From: Patescibacteria group bacterium
Lineage (GTDB): Bacteria > Patescibacteriota > Minisyncoccia > JAHIHE01 > JAGLIN01
Reading direction: 5' to 3'
Assembly (NCBI GenBank): GCA_041670805.1
Contig: JBAXYM010000028.1
Location: 1-15,739 of the forward strand
DNA length: 15,739 nucleotides
Under the pieces are notes generated by a model. The model saw only the letters and a list, made by a program, of their open reading frames with translations, ran no database searches and was not told where the DNA came from. The position numbers and the translations under genes were made by a program. Positions 14,438 through 15,739 of the stretch are shown one piece after another; position 1 is the first letter of the stretch; every line of letters begins with the position of its first letter.

Positions 14438-15739
14438 ATGGTCCTTCCTGACCTTTATCCCTCGCAGGTGGGTTCCCCATATACCACACTTGCTGCATCA
14501 TATACAACCCTTGGTACAACTATGTCATTAGTGGACGCGACAAAACTACCGAATGCCCCCAACATTGTTTGTTTATCGGGGGCTGTCTCAGGTGAGTTCC
14601 GATACACGGGGAAAAGCGGCAATGATTTGACAGGAGTATCTAAGTTAGAGGGGACTCCCTCTGCTACTTGGGCGGCAGGGACGTATGCATTCCGCGGGAT
14701 TGCTGCCTATGATATGACATCCCTCCAAACAAGGGCATCTGCGTTGCAGGAACAGGTTGATTTCATGAATCAACTGAACTCTCCCATTATCGGCGTAATG
14801 TGGGATACCAATTCAACAAGCAATATTCTAACTCGCATTGATGCCGCGGGTAATACACTCCCAGCAATGACATCTTCTGACTTTGACAAGCACATCCTTT
14901 GGGGAGGTCGCTGGAGGTGCACGCGGAATCGGACAACCGGGATATACACGTTCGGCACAAACCCTAGAGGTGACGGACTGACACTGGACGGGACAGCTGG
15001 CGACGTGACAGTTAGCGAGCCAATCGTGTACGCCAAAGCGGATTACGGTGTTGCAGGTGCGGGTATTGGTCGGTATTGGGTATCCCCAAGACCTGTCGCA
15101 GGGTTTACCGTGCATCCGTTATGGATGCAGAGGAACAATGGAATTGCATCTCCAGTTGTCTATTCCGGGGCGTATGAATCGTATGGGTACCTAGACGGAA
15201 GCACGTTTAAGCTTGGGTCAGCATCCGGGAAAGTTCCCGTAACCGGCGGTGTTGCATATCCCAACCTCCCGAACACTGGTAGATTTACCATGGACGATGC
15301 CGAACATTACGCGAACAACATCACCGGCACTATCAAAAGCGGATGCGAAAACATCTGGAATACTCCTGCATCCCAACTACTGATGTACATCGAATACGCT
15401 ACGACTGACCTCCAGACCGCACTCGGGAAAGGAGTTGTCGATTTACCATCTGGAACGGGTTTCGCTGGAAAGAACACGGGAGCTGATGATATCGATTCGC
15501 GTCTGGCAGAAAACGGCACTGGTACCGGGTCAGGCACAAATGGACAGACGCCTATCTGCTGGCGTGGGAAAGAGAACCCGTATGGGAATTGTCTCAAGTA
15601 CAACATCGGCGCGAACTTTTACCTCGATGGGTCAGTACGGCTATTGAAACGTGATGGGACTGGCACACCGTCGGCAACACTTGCGGCAGGGTCGTATGAA
15701 ACTGTCACCGGACCTGCTGGTTTGACAAATGGGTATATA
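14438..15739 (+). CDS. Large tail protein, tail fibre/Tal/receptor-binding candidate, 5' part only; the ORF runs off the window end
   Basis: My manual translation from the ATG at 14438, 1 nt after the upstream TAG, has no stop through 15739, which is more than 430 codons (MVLPDLYPSQVGSPYTTLAASYTTLGTT...). GGTGGTG lies upstream. It is not in the ORF track because it lacks a stop inside the window. The minus-strand track ORFs in this span are therefore taken as spurious. Its position after Dit and its Gly/Thr/Ser-rich composition fit a fibre or baseplate protein. Confidence 0.55.
   Translation, partial: MVLPDLYPSQVGSPYTTLAASYTTLGTTMSLVDATKLPNAPNIVCLSGAVSGEFRYTGKSGNDLTGVSKLEGTPSATWAAGTYAFRGIAAYDMTSLQTRASALQEQVDFMNQLNSPIIGVMWDTNSTSNILTRIDAAGNTLPAMTSSDFDKHILWGGRWRCTRNRTTGIYTFGTNPRGDGLTLDGTAGDVTVSEPIVYAKADYGVAGAGIGRYWVSPRPVAGFTVHPLWMQRNNGIASPVVYSGAYESYGYLDGSTFKLGSASGKVPVTGGVAYPNLPNTGRFTMDDAEHYANNITGTIKSGCENIWNTPASQLLMYIEYATTDLQTALGKGVVDLPSGTGFAGKNTGADDIDSRLAENGTGTGSGTNGQTPICWRGKENPYGNCLKYNIGANFYLDGSVRLLKRDGTGTPSATLAAGSYETVTGPAGLTNGYI

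Noticed and set aside
1-15739. Search for tRNA, CRISPR repeats, integrase/attachment site, transposase or DGR components
   Set aside because: No cloverleaf-like GC-rich 70-90-nt segment, no regularly spaced direct repeats of 25-40 nt, and no recombinase, transposase or reverse-transcriptase motifs (YXDD etc.) were seen in any frame.

Overview
The whole window reads as one plus-strand late/morphogenesis module of a tailed phage or prophage, siphovirus-like with an SPP1-type gene order. Every convincing gene is on the + strand, and many are linked by ATGA/TAATG start-stop overlaps that suggest translational coupling. In order: the 3' end of a probable portal gene, then a Mu gpF/SPP1 gp7-like head-morphogenesis gene. 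Next, from about 1192 to 4687, comes an A/T-rich accessory insertion. It holds a gamma-class N6-adenine DNA methyltransferase with a long C-terminal domain and seven small genes of unknown function. Three copies of a conserved promoter-like element mark the starts of its transcription units. After it come a prohead-protease/scaffold fusion, a small capsid accessory protein, the major capsid protein, the gp6/gp15-like connector and a head-closure protein. A small tail-anchored membrane protein follows, then an HK97 gp10-like protein, a tail terminator and the major tail protein. The two tail assembly chaperone ORFs are arranged for a canonical -1 programmed frameshift on an A-run. Then come an 851-aa tape measure protein, a Dit-like distal tail protein and a small protein. 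A long tail fibre/Tal-like ORF runs off the 3' end of the window and is absent from the ORF track because it has no stop. No tRNA, rRNA, CRISPR array or transposase is evident. Host type, bacterial or archaeal, cannot be decided from the sequence. The Shine-Dalgarno usage (GGAGG/GGTG) and one sigma70-like -35/-10 pair are compatible with a bacterial host. All functional calls rest on motif and pattern recognition and on gene order, not on database searches.
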